NCBI GenBank assembly: GCA_017499595.2
Contig: CM039004.1
Coordinates: 2,914,001 to 2,978,000 of the forward strand
Direction: 5' to 3'
Length of the DNA: 64,000 nt
Source of the DNA: Psilocybe cubensis
Taxonomy: Eukaryota
Part shown: positions 24,432-36,524 of the stretch, piece by piece
Numbering within the stretch: the first letter of the stretch is position 1
Layout of the letters: each line of letters starts with the position of its first letter
Position numbers and translations under genes: made by a program
The notes under the pieces: model-generated
The model's input: only the letters and a program-made list of their open reading frames with translations
Database searches by the model: none
What the model was told of the DNA's origin: nothing

Positions 24432-25754
24432 ATGTCTTCAAATATTAGCAACTCTAAGGAAAGCAAACGCACAGCAAGGACGGATGACCTGGCTCCGCCG
24501 CCAATGCCAGTCATTCCAGATAACCTGGCTCCACCCCCTATGCCTGTTATTCCAGATAACCTGGCTCCTCCCCCTATGCCAGTCATTTCATCTAACCTGG
24601 CTCCGCCCCCTATGCCAGTCATCCGGAAAGACCTGGCTCCGCCGCCAATGCCAGTAATTCCAGCTAACCTGGCTCCACCCCCTATGCCTGTCATTCCAGC
24701 TAACCTGGCTCCGCCGCCAATGCCAGTAATTCCAGCTAACCTGGCTCCGCCGCCAATGCCAGTAATTCCAGCTAACCTGGCTCCACCCCCTATGCCTGTC
24801 ATTCCAGCTAACCTGGCTCCGCCGCCAATGCCAGTAATTCCAGCTAACCTGGCTCCACCCCCTATGCCTGTCATTCCAGCTAACCTGGCTCCACCCCCTA
24901 TGCCAGTCATTCCAGCTAACCTGGCTCCACCCCCTATGCCAGTCATCCGGAACGACACGGCTCCGCCGCCAATGCCTGTCATCCGGAACGACACAGCTCC
25001 GCCGCCAATGCCTGTCATCCAGAACGACACGGCTCCGCCGCCAATGCCTGTCATCCGGAACGACACGGCTCCGCCGCCAATGCCAATCATTCCAGATAAC
25101 CTAGCTCCTCCCCCTATGCCTGTCATTCCACCTACCCTGGCTCCTCCCCCTATGCCTGTTATTCCAGATACCCTGGATCCTCCACCTATGCCTGTCATCC
25201 GGGATGATGTGGCTCCGCCGTTGATGGCAGCACATGTTTCATACACGTCTGTCATCGACAAAATCATTATGGACTCTCGTCCAGCTATTTCCTCTGAGAG
25301 GAAGCAAGGTCGCTATTCTCCACCCCCTGAAGCATGCCACCTGCTCCTTCAAAACCCTTATTTTCGAACCTACGGCAGGTTTGATCCCATGGGCGGCTAC
25401 CCCGGTTCGCCTCCCACCCAGTCTGACATTGAGTTCGAGGATGTGACAGATCAGACGGCATATTTTAACCCTCCTTTTCTATATGTATGCACTTAGATAT
25501 TACCAAGCACTAGATACTGACAACTATTTTAGAATTATACCGAGCAGCAGCTACGGGCAACATACGACCAAATAATTGACAGTTCCGTCGGCGACAATAG
25601 TTATGACAGCAAGGTCACAACGTTTAAGAACCTCCGCCTGCATCAGCTGCAGTCAGAAATTCTGACTTATAATGCGCTGGAGGAAATTGACGCTGGGCTG
25701 GCAGGGATTGAATCGAGTTTGGAAAAGCATTTGTATACCGGTAGAGATGAATAA
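24432..25754 (+). CDS. Proline-rich tandem-repeat cargo protein
   Basis: ~20 copies of NLAPPPMPVIPA; predicted intron 25485-25532; last exon NYTEQQLR...GRDE*; the true start may lie in an upstream exon. Confidence 0.65.
24483..25222 (+). repeat. 36-bp coding minisatellite (~20 units)
   Basis: Repeating acctggctccgccgccaatgccagtcattccagcta-type units. Confidence 0.95.
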
Positions 25755-25832
25755 ATTATTTTTGGAGCCCTTGTGCTCATTGATTCGCAATACCTCTCAA
25801 ATATCCCTCCCTCTCTGGGAAGATACGGGTCA

Positions 25833-26150
25833 AATGGGTCCGTCTGACAGCACAACACGGGTCAAGCGGATCCGTCTGCTTGCAATACACGGGATGCAAA
25901 TGGACCCGTCCGGCTCATTTCCGGCCCGTGTTTCTTCCGTGTAGGTAGACGCGCGGATCCCGCAGGCCACCCGGCGGCTCCATTTAGCGCTAAATGGCAC
26001 GTCATGTACGCTATGATTTGCCAGGCTAAATCACACGTACATCACGCTAATCTCCTAATTAGGTAGCGGAAGTAAATCCACCGTGTCTCACGTAATATCC
26101 TTATTATTAAATCTTAGGTAATGTACGTTATAAATAAACTGTCTTATGTG
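25833..26150 (-). repeat. Right TIR of the KDZ element
   Basis: Inverted copy of 10362-10679. Confidence 0.95.
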
Positions 26151-29100
26151 CAGTTGAGAAGTCCATATTCATCTAGGACGTTTTCAATGTAAGGCCTTTG
26201 GTGAATCCAGAGTTCGCGAGTGGCTAGGTTCCGTTCGTATTGTACACCCAGGTAAGATCGAAGCGGACCTAGATCCTTGATACCAAAACACTTGTTGACC
26301 TCCGACTTGGTGTGTTCAAGGAATGCTTTCGAATTTGATGCCCCCAACCCATCGTCTACGTGAATGCACAGCCAGCAGTGTATTTGCTCTCCACTCCAGA
26401 TTCCTTCGAAGATGAATGTGGCGTGATCTTTTTCTGACCGTTTAAATCCTATATCTTGGAGCGTTGAGCGAATCAAGATATACCATACGCTACTTGCCTG
26501 CTTCAAACCGTAAAGTGACTTTTTTAATCTCCAAACGCCATTCGAGAAGGGGGAGGAGTAACCGGGAGGACACTTCATGTAGATGACTTCTGATAAGTCT
26601 CCCCATAGGAAAGCCCTCGTGGCGTCAAAACACTCTATGTGCCATCCATTGAGGGTCGCATGTACAACAATTGCCCGAATGCTGACCGATTTGGATACCG
26701 GCGCGAAGGTTTCATGGTAGTCGATGAGGTATTTCTGAGAGAAACCTTGCGCCACGAGTCTCGCCTTGTAGACTAATTCTCCCTTATCGTCTATTTTGAA
26801 CTCGAATACCCAGCGACATCCGATGGTGTGTGTGCCTTCGGAGAGCTGTTCGTCTAGGTATACATTCATCGATTTGAGCATGTCGAGTTCTTTTTGAATA
26901 ACCTTTTGCCATTGATCAGCGTCTGGTCGCTCCATCGCTTCGGCAAAGTTGGAAGGTGGAATTTTTAGGTCGTAGTTTGGTGAGTGAGGGTTTCGTCTGC
27001 GTTCGCTCCGGACTGAGAGTAATATCGCTTCGAAAAGTAGGTCCTTATCGCGTGCTAGATAATCTTCAACATCTAGCGAGACTAGTGAGGTGTCTTCGAA
27101 GTCGCGCGGAGGGCACTCCAACATTCCGACAGAGCACAAAGAGATGAAAGGATTTTCATCACTGTCACCCCCTTGCTCGTTGGAAGGCTGGACAGTTGAC
27201 GAGCGCTCAGCGCTGGTCGCTCTCCGCGACGCAATGATTGACTCGCTTTTGGCTTTTTCGGCTTCACGAAGCTGATTGTAAAGCACACCCCTTGACGATG
27301 GATGACGTTCTCGAGAGGACGAACGAGGAGGAGGTAAAACGCGTTGGGCGACGGGCGTTGGAGGTTGATGAGGAGGAGAAGTAGTGGGTGGGGTGGAGGG
27401 TATAACATCGATATCTACGGATGAAATTGAAGAGGACAAAGGTGTAGATGAGGAATGAAGAAGTTCAGGAGAATCAAGATCAGAAGGTGTAGCTACAATA
27501 TTCGGAACGGACGGTACAGAAGTAGCAGAAGAAGATGAAGGAGACGAGGCACAAGAAGTGGACAAAACGCCAGGTAAGAAAGGTAAAGAGGAATAGTCAA
27601 CAGGAAGAGAATTATTATTAGAATTAAAAGGAAAAGGCATGTTTTCGTCGAACATAGCGTTCGAGGAATCAAAAAAATGACCAGTCTCAAGATGTCGGAA
27701 ACGATACCCTTTCCCCCCAGGGGGGTATCCCATAAATCTGCATTGTACAGATTTGGCACCTAACTTTGATTGCTACTCTTCAGGGACGTGAACAAAAGCA
27801 CGACAGCCCCATACACAAAGGTGAGCGAGATTTGGAGGGCGATGGTACATATTTTCGAAAGGAGTGATGCCGTCTTCATCGGTGGTGGTGACGTTAAGAA
27901 GGTAGGATGCAGTGAGGGCCGCTTCACCCCAATAAGTCATTGGAAGCTGAGCTGTTGTAATCATTGCGAGCATCCGACCTTGAATCGTGCGCATGAAACG
28001 CTCAATTTCACCGTTCATCCAGTGTTCACGGGCAGGGGTGACCTCCTGTTCAATTCCCGCTTCCATGAGGTAGGCGGCAAAACTACCTTTCCACTCGGGC
28101 CCTCCATCGCAGCGGAAGCGTTTGATTCTGAAACCCGTACGCGTCTCCCAGCGTGCTTTAACGATTTTGAAAGCTTCCAGCATTGTGTCGGCGGTTTTAT
28201 CGGCAGTAAGCTGGACGTTATTGACTTTCATTCCGGCACAACGAAAAGCGACAAAGTATTCTTTATGATGTGGAGTTCTGACGGGAAAAGGTCCGCAAGT
28301 ATCGGCCACAATAAGCTCGAGGGGCTGATAGGCGCCCTGGCCAAGTGAACTTGGCGGATGCGGGGTGGCCGAGTGCTTGGCGATAATGCACGACTCACAT
28401 TTAATGTTATTGTCTTTGACGTCAGATTTCATAACTCTCTTGACGAGCGCGCGGGTAGCTTGTTCACCAGGGTGACCCAGTCTCATGTGATGGAGGTACA
28501 TGGTCTCGGGAACTTTCACAAACATGACGCGTTCCACTGTTGAGTCATCGGTGTTTGGTACGAAAGATGTCCTGTCCATCGCAAATAATCCGTGAATCAA
28601 GGATGCTGATGCGAAAGTGACACCTTCTTTGGATAAGTGTATTCCCCGACCAGGATCGAAGTTACATCCGATTCCTGCAATGAAGAGTCGACTGACGGAT
28701 AAGAGGTTTACAGCGGCACTGGGAGCATGCAAACAATTGTTGAGTTTGAGTTTAATGGTCTTTCCTTGATATGTGACATTGAGAATACATGTACCGCCCC
28801 CTTGAGTGGTCAAAGTGCCCAGGTTTGCCGTCGTGACATTCCTAGCATCGCTCTCCGAGTAGGTATGAAATAAATGACGTGATTTAATGATATGGGAGGT
28901 TGCTCCAGAGTCAAGGAGGATTGAGGTAGATAAGAATGATCTCGCGCTTGCTGCGGCGACGAGGTTTTGTTGAGTGCCATCGAGTTCTTCAATTAAGGCG
29001 CATGAGATCTCCCCAGTATCGAGAGAACCCGAGTCGACTGCAACAGACGCCGTCTCCGCTTTCTTTGCTGCCATTGCTGCTCGATATGCGGGACCCTGCC

Positions 29101-30040
29101 CCTCCATTCCGCCACCTTTTGCCCAGCAATGTTCCTTGTCGTGTGAACGATTCTTGCAATTAGTGCATCGAACGCCGTTGGGATTGTTGGCATGTTTGGC
29201 GATGGGTCGGTTATCATTCGAGAAATTCGAATATTCGGACCCTGGAGGGTGACGTCTTGTCCCTGCTTCAGCCTCGAGGCGTTGACACTCGATTGTCAAA
29301 CGGGCCGTGATTCTCTCGAGAGCAGTATTGGGCGCGGATGGCGCTCGTCCTTCCTCAACTGCTGCCTTGTCTCTGTCAAGCGTATCCTGATAAAGCTGAA
29401 TCATAAGTTGTTTGAAGTTTGGCCAAACACCAGAGGACGGAAGGCCGCGGATAATGTGATGAATGATATCTCCCTCCGGGTAGTCAACACCCATGTCTTT
29501 AAGTCTCTCTCTGCCGGTGCGAAATTCGCCCATGTATTTCTCGATTTCGGTGTAGTCTTTGAGTTTGATTGATGCCAGCCTTTCTTTGATAGCGAACTGA
29601 GCGTTAATGTCGACGCGAGCATACCTCGTCATAATCTGATTCCAAACCATCCTCGCAGTGATGTCTTCTCCAGCGTTCAGGTTGGATTTAACAAGTGCCG
29701 AGACTTTCCTGGTAATGAGCGTTTTAGCGCTGTCATCATCGCTCCACCATTTCCTGTAGGCTGCTATGATCTCGTCTGAGGCGTCGTTGGCAGGTTCCTG
29801 GGGTTTCGGTGAAATTGGATATCTCGCTGTTCTGCTCTCCGATCCCTCAATGTGACCATAAACTCCACAATCCTTTAGGATGTTGCGCATGTCGTCTCTC
29901 CATGCAATGAAATTCGAGGTTCCTTCGAGGTTCACAATATGATCGACCTTTACGTTCGCAGGCGTAATTTTGGTGCTCATCGTTATGTTGTTGATGGTCG
30001 TGTGGGCGGTGTTTGGAGTTTCACCTGCCATGGCCGACAT
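26151..30040 (-). pseudogene. Copia gag-pol (Gag, CCHC knuckle, protease, integrase, RT)
   Basis: CTNCKNRSHDKEHC, LLDSGATSH, HMRLGH..CESC, ADTCGP/RCDGGPE/NGEIER, YKARLVAQGFSQ, LYGLKQA, HVDD; in-frame TAG at 27773-27775. Confidence 0.95.
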
Positions 30041-30176
30041 TTTGGTATGATGAATTTATTGAGTAAAGTAGACGTTGATTTGGATACAATGAATGAGCTG
30101 GTGCCTTCTGAAAAGACACAAAACTGTGAGCCTGAGGACTGAGGTTCGATTTAATTCGTTTATTTCAGGCGCTAGC

Positions 30177-30189
30177 GGGGCCCATAACC
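30177..30189 (-). other. Primer-binding site (half-tRNA iMet type)
   Basis: GGTTATGGGCCCC directly after the 5' LTR, complementary to the initiator tRNA-Met anticodon arm, as in copia/Ty5-type priming. Confidence 0.75.
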
Positions 30190-30582
30190 TGAAGAAAACT
30201 AAGTAAACCGTGAGTCTCAGCCGAGAAGGAACAAGGGCTGAATATATTGACCTAAGTAAACCGTGAGTCTACAAGTTCTGTTAGTTACTTTCTACAAACG
30301 ATGAAGAACTGTATTCACCTCAGCCGAGAAGGAACAAGGGCTGAGGTGAATGAACCGAGACGAGCTACTATAAGTGAAAAGTGAAAAAAAGGGAAGGTGA
30401 TCGAGAATTTGGAGAAGGTGATGCGTTGTACGCTGAAGGAAATGAATTGCTAACTATAGCAGATGAACAGGGGCTACGGGCCCGATGTTCCGAGTGCAAA
30501 TAAGGAAAGAGTAAGTATAAAAGTGGAAAAGAAAAAGACAGAAAGTCGAACAACCACAAACATCAAGTCACATATTCCAACA
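30190..30582 (-). repeat. Copia 5' LTR
   Basis: 393-bp direct repeat of 9177-9569. Confidence 0.97.
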
Positions 30583-31401
30583 GACGCTTTGTATATGTTA
30601 GCATATCCTTCATCCTTGTGGAAATATATTCCGGAATCGCCTATTCATAGGTCAATCAAAATGGCAGTCTCATCCATGAGCAAAATCATGATGAAAGCGT
30701 ATCGCCCCGTTACCATTCTAAATCTCTGGGACAGGCGCATTATATGGAGGAGCCGATGAATAGAACGAATTCTACGAGTAATATGCGCCTCATAGGGTGC
30801 TCCTGAAGGTTGTCCCTGAGAGGATTGAGGTCAAGTAATCCGAAAACACTCATATGTAAAGTGCAGATATCTCAACAATAGTGTATTCGACACGCACAAA
30901 ACTCGCTTGGGTTGGCGTTTACGATTTTCTATCTGCCATACCACCGTGATCAACTGATCTTTGACGGGACACCTCCGCAGCCCCAGGTTCACACCTTCAA
31001 TGTTCCATGATGTCCTGCTCACAAAACACCCAGTTGTTGCAGAATACAGGCAACCTTTTGGCAATCCGACCATAATTTCAAAGAAATTCTCCTCCGTATT
31101 CAAACTATGCAATGTCCTCAAAACCAAGGCAGGCAGATTCCGGGACTAGACTAGGGCCTAATCACCTGCAACCTAGTTGATTTGTTGGTTGTAGCTTCAT
31201 CCTTCGATCAGTGATGTTCTGCACTGCCCCATTATACACGGCTCCATCACAGTAATTACCATATAAATGGCGAGCTGCCACTGGAAAAACTCCAATATCA
31301 CCCCCCTGCCGGAATCCGGTGTATCAACGACTCCTTCCAACCACATTCTCTTCGCGTCGAAACCTTAATCCAAGTTCCACACCCCCCTCCGACTGTTGGC
31401 G

Positions 31402-32297
31402 ATGTCAGGCTTTGAAATCGAAACGTTCGATGACCGCGATACTACACATCTACTGAACCAAGAGAGCTGGTCTTCACAAGGTTTTTGGAACGCAAGCAAT
31501 GGATCGTCGGGGACACTTCCATCACCGAACGGCGGTAGTGGCACTTTTACTATAGTGAGTCTTCACTCGACATAGCACCAGGAGTTACTTTGGTAACTGG
31601 CTGAACACTGTTCCTTCTGACAGAGGATTTCCAGTGAGTTTGTATAGCTCAAATGAGCCTTAAATGCTCATTGATGAATAAATGCTCGGATCGTGATCGC
31701 AGAACCTGCTATTGGTCCCTATTATTATGGATTACGCCCTTACTGCAACCCCAGGAGTCAAATCTTTATGCCATATAACGCCAACAATGCCATCTACCGG
31801 CCTAACATTTCGGTATGCATATAAGCACATATTGTAACTTCGACCCAAACTTTGTTTTAGGCCGTAGTAACATAGTCGATCCACTGATACTGTCTTTCCG
31901 TCTTGTTTTACAGTCAGCATCGCTCTCACGGATGTTTGCCCTCCTAGGCATAGACGAGACAATCTTTGAAAACGAACTTGGCCCTGAATCCAGCGGACAT
32001 TCGGAGATCACCGTCGACAAAATCGCACACCAAATTCCAGATCCTCCAGCAGACTCGTCATCGACAATCTCAACCTCTTCCTCCTCAACTTCCGCATTAA
32101 ATGTCCCATCGCCATCCACATCTGCCAGATCCAGCTCCTCTCCACCGGTTGGCGCCATCATCGGCGGAGTCATGGGTGCACTTGCATTCCTCTTCATCCT
32201 CGTCGCTTTCTGGAGGCAAATGCGTCGGCGGCGTGCGCATAAGACTGAAAAGACCTCTCTGATCACACCTACTTCAGCTGCGGAGGCGGAGGCGTAG
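31402..32297 (+). pseudogene. Diverged, truncated paralog C of the single-pass membrane protein
   Basis: MSGFEIETFDDRD start, same intron positions, GAIIGGVMGALAFLFIL TM; shortened exon 3 and an early stop before the tail that carries PPxY in A and B. Confidence 0.65.
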
Positions 32298-32817
32298 GTA
32301 ACGAGGCGTCTCTCAGGCTGGGTGGCGGCGGCCTGGGTTCATCGTCCGGTTCTTGGGCTCTTGCAAGGTGAACGTCGCCATGCCACGGATGCTAAGTACA
32401 GCTTCTGGAACTGCGACGACAGCTTGACGCCAGGCCGGAGTTGTTTGAGGAGGTGGAGGAGACAGAGGCGGACGAGTTGCCCCCGAAGTATGGCCACGCT
32501 ATCGCAGTGAATCGGATGGCATTACTATCGTTATTATCACACATTAATTCGTTTGATTGACACTGTCCCATTGGCAGTGAATTTCATGAGCAAAGAGGAA
32601 GATTGAAGAACATGTGCCTGTGTGTTAGCTGACAAGTAGTTGATGTATTTGGCGCAAAATCCGATGTAGTGGTCAAAATACCGACGCATGAGCATTTTCG
32701 ACGTTCGCAGCTTAACATCATATTATGAGAATGGATATTATGAATCACAGAGTGCCGTACAATTACACATTAGCATTGAGAAATAAATTCTTAGCAAGCA
32801 AAGTGGCAGAAAAAACT

Positions 32818-34318
32818 CTAAAGGTGACTGGGACGAAGTGGTTCTGCGGTGGGTCTGGGCTCGTTAACAAAGAATGCTTGTAACATAGCACTGCGTCCAG
32901 TTCCATCACCCTGAAGGAAATCATGTCAGCATCAGAGCTCGGAATGAAAGAGAAACAGACTCACAATTAGCCAGTTGGGATACCCAGGATCGAACGGAGA
33001 TGCATTGTCCAAGTACTGAATCTGTTCTTTCGTCAAAGAAATATTTAGAGCTTCCACATTCGCGAGCAAATGCTCAACCTTCCGCCCGCCAATGACAGGG
33101 AACACATACGGCGTCTTCTGCATCACGTATACAATCGCCACTACAAGGCATCACAGACGTCAGATTCCATTATATATAGGAGGCGATAGCTAAGCGTACC
33201 TGAGGTGATGCTCTTTGCACCGACTTCAGCTGCAACCTTTTCAAGCGCCTTGCAGATCGCTTTCTCTCTGTCTGTTCGTTCCCAGTTCGGGTCAAAGACT
33301 GTACGGCCGTGCTCGCCATTGGCACGGCGTCTTTCTTCTTCCTCGTCTGTGCGAATTTTGCCAGCACCAAGAACGCCGTACGGAGCGAGTGCCATTCCTG
33401 GGAGAGAAAAGATAATTAGGTGAATAGTTCGCGACCTGGCCGAGTTGATGTTACCTTCAGATCGTGCCATTGGAATGATATCTCTTTCGAAAGAACGATC
33501 CAAGATGTTCCAGTAGCCTTGATAGATCACGAAAGGCGTAAGCCCATGATCGCGAGCGTATTGATTAGCCTTTGAAACGACCCATGCCGGAGTATTTGAA
33601 ACACCCTTTCATCATCAACGTCAGTACACTGAATCCAGCCTTGGGATAAAAAAGCATGACATACGAGGTACAACACCTTTCCTTGCACGATAAGGGTATG
33701 CATGGCCTTCATCACTTCCTCGAAGCTAGTGTCCCAGTCCCAAAAGTGAAGGTAAAAGAGATCGATGTACGACGTGCGCAATTTCTTTAGAGAAGCTTCC
33801 ACCGAAATGTGCATTGATTTCGCGCTGTTGCCCGAGTACAAAGCAGCTTGTTTGATTGTACCTGTCCTGTTTTTTGTGTTGTTGGAATACTAAGCAAATA
33901 TATTTTAGTACTATCTTGATTACGAAGAACGTTTGGTGTACCTTGGTTGCAATGAAGAGCTGATCGCGAATTCCTCGAGACTCTGACCATTCCCCGATGA
34001 ACATTTCCGAAGTTTCATCTTGACTGAAAAATGATGTTAAAGTCAGTAAGGACGATAACCTACAAACTGAAAATCTTACTAGAAGTTGGCTGTGTCGATA
34101 AAATTCCCTCCATTGTCGAAGAACGCGTCGAGGAGCTTGAAGCTGGAAATTTTATCCATGCTTCCCATCCCGAGTTCGCTCCATTTATCTCCAATGCTCA
34201 TAGCGCCGAGCTGAAGAGGAGATACATGGACGCCAGCCGTAGCTGAGAGCATGCGATATCGTCCGAGACCGGTAACAGGTTGCACTGGTGTGTCGAATAG
34301 AGACTTTGCAGATTCCAT
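32818..34318 (-). CDS. Aldo-keto reductase, aryl-alcohol dehydrogenase-like
   Basis: [70 protein letters not shown] across several exons. Confidence 0.9.
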
Positions 34319-35187
34319 TGCTAGATTTGTTGTTGGGACCTAGGAGGTTTGAGGAATAAAGTCGAGAGGTGTTGGATTAAGTGGATTGATGTGGAATTTG
34401 GGTGTTCCAGCCAGTCCATTTTATACGCTTCTCCGAGTTCGTAGGGCGGTAGGATGACATTGTGCGGTATGAGTGAAGGCAATGAGACCCAGGTCTGCGA
34501 GCCCACATCAGAGGTGTTGAAACGGTTTGATGACGTGTTGAGGTATGACTGTTTGCAGCCGCTGTGCTACATTGTCTCTTGAGTGCCAAAATGTCTTTCT
34601 GCTAGGTTGAGTATAGCACTTGTACACCTAAAGCAGATCATTAACGAGTTCTCTTGATTTATCGGTCCTGTAGAGATGAAGTAGAAGTGAAAACGAAGAT
34701 AAATCATAAAAGAAACGATCATCTCTGCCGGATCACATCGGCATTGAACATCACTCGTCGCCGATTGAATTCGTGCCTTCGGAGATCCAAGCTTCACGGG
34801 AAAACCCATGTATAGAGTTGAAATCAAGGTGAAATACGTTTCGATCCCTATTGAATTGTGATCACACAACTTCGCAGAACAAAAGGGTAATGTTGAGGTA
34901 TATATAAAGGATACAAACGTCTACAATACATGCATCTAGACTACAGTCTTAAAACTACAAATAAAGTAGTGCAATCGATTTGAATGAAGCATAACCCACT
35001 GTTACTAAAGGAAGTTATAGAATAGAATTTAAAGGACTCGGATGAAATAACAGATGATTCTTTGGAAGATATGGCCCATGATTCTGCAGTACAATTCGGC
35101 TAATTAAACTGGATGGTGGATGTCTACGAACGAGTCTCAGTCATGCAACATTAAGCATTGTCTAAATAAATCTACCTCAGAGAGTGG

Positions 35188-35625
35188 TTATTTGCGCGAA
35201 TGCGAATTCGCCCCAAAACCATAGGATGACACGAGTTTTCCGAAAGCAGCCTCATATCCTTGAGGCTCCGCGCGAGTCTTTGGCTCTTTATGTGTTGATG
35301 TGGGAGTCTTTTTGGAGAAGGAAGGAGCATAGCTGCCTCCAAATCCATACGAAGACGATAATCGGCCAAAAGCATTCTGATAATCTTTACCCGCGGTTGA
35401 AGACGTTGGTTGAGATGAATGGGACGCTGATGGGTATGAAGGAGACATTTGGGCTGGGTTTGTGGGCATCGAGGATTGAGATTTGTGTGGTAATGAGGGT
35501 GCGCCTCCGCTGAACCCGTATGAAGAAGAAAGGTTTCCGAATGACGCTTCCCAGTTTTTTGATGATGATCGCGCTGGTTGATGCTGGGATGAAGCAAGGA
35601 GGGAGGTAGACGAGGATGATTTCAT
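35188..35625 (-). CDS. Small Ser-rich protein with three FGxL(S/V)SSYGF repeats, copy 2
   Basis: 145-aa ORF paralogous to 5663-6100. Confidence 0.7.
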   Translation of the reverse strand: MKSSSSTSLLASSQHQPARSSSKNWEASFGNLSSSYGFSGGAPSLPHKSQSSMPTNPAQMSPSYPSASHSSQPTSSTAGKDYQNAFGRLSSSYGFGGSYAPSFSKKTPTSTHKEPKTRAEPQGYEAAFGKLVSSYGFGANSHSRK

Positions 35626-36524
35626 GATTAAGAAAATGTGGTCTTTGCTTTGGCGAGTTTGAAAAACAGTAGTGCCAAGTGTTGAAAGAGAAAACGTCTT
35701 TTAGAGTTGATGAACGAATCGAGAACGGTGATCCAGCTTTTATAACGCGCCTCAGTATAACAATTGATATGTTCCATCGCACCCATCGCGAGCTGCGCGA
35801 CATTATCCGAGTAGGGAGGCCCTTGTGAGTCATAAATGTGGGTTATACAGCACAGAACCGAGTCTGACAGTGGAGGCTACGCAGCAGAGACATCTGAACC
35901 CGCAGTATTCGGCCACTTCAGTCGGGTGAAGGTACAGAAGGTACATCATACCAAGTACAGAGGTCCCACGAGTATAATAGGTGTCTGCCAGTCGCTATTC
36001 AACGAGACGGCCAGTATCCAGCAATTTCCCGTCGAACACGGAAATCCTCGACACTCTGAAGGCGAGGCAGTTCACCGAAATACAACTGCAATAAGTGGTG
36101 GCAAAGACCGTTTACAGCGACAAGCATTGAAGAGGGCAAATTTTTAGAGAACCGTGTGTATCTCTTTCACTTGAACGACTGCGCGGTTGTGCTGCGGATA
36201 TTTGGCCGCTGGCGGAAATTCCAAATATCGTCGGTCGATTACGATGTGGTCTGCTTAATGCTTGTTTTCAAAGAATTTTTTGGGTTGCGAGGTAGAATTT
36301 CGTAAATCTTCGCAGACGCATAGCACATGGTCTTCTGGGTTGTGGATGGACAGATCGAAAGGCAAGGTGAAAGGAAGAGGAGGAGTGGATGCCCATTGAT
36401 TACTTGCGCTATCAGGCCAAAACATATCGTGCCGAGATGCTGCCGAACGACCTCATCGATGCGCACGTGAGTTAACTTTTTTTGAAAGGCAGAATTCAAA
36501 AACAGAACGCTCAACTCGACTATA

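Larger units (their letters stand above)
10362..26150. mobile_element. Complete KDZ (Kyakuja-Dileera-Zisupton) DNA transposon carrying TET/JBP, 15789 bp
   Basis: 318-bp TIRs starting CACATAAGAC; 7-bp TSD CAGTTGA (10355-10361, 26151-26157); CxC2-KDZ transposase inside. Confidence 0.95.
9177..30582 (-). mobile_element. Ty1/Copia LTR retrotransposon, interrupted by the KDZ element
   Basis: Two 393-bp TG...CA LTRs, 5-bp TSD GACGC (9172-9176, 30583-30587), PBS, PPT, and gag-PR-INT-RT-RNaseH domain order. Confidence 0.97.

Noticed and set aside
24483-25222. 36-bp periodic array as a CRISPR
   Set aside because: Units are contiguous with no unique spacers, they encode an in-frame peptide repeat, and the context is eukaryotic.
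24392-25267. Minus-strand GIGGGARL-repeat ORF (291 aa)
   Set aside because: Antisense shadow of the Pro-rich repeat gene; the plus strand has the spliced unique C-terminus.
27773-27775. Programmed stop read-through between Copia ORFs
   Set aside because: The TAG lies in the integrase C-terminal region, not at the gag-pol boundary, and a second stop exists in the RT/RNase H part; decay is the simpler explanation.
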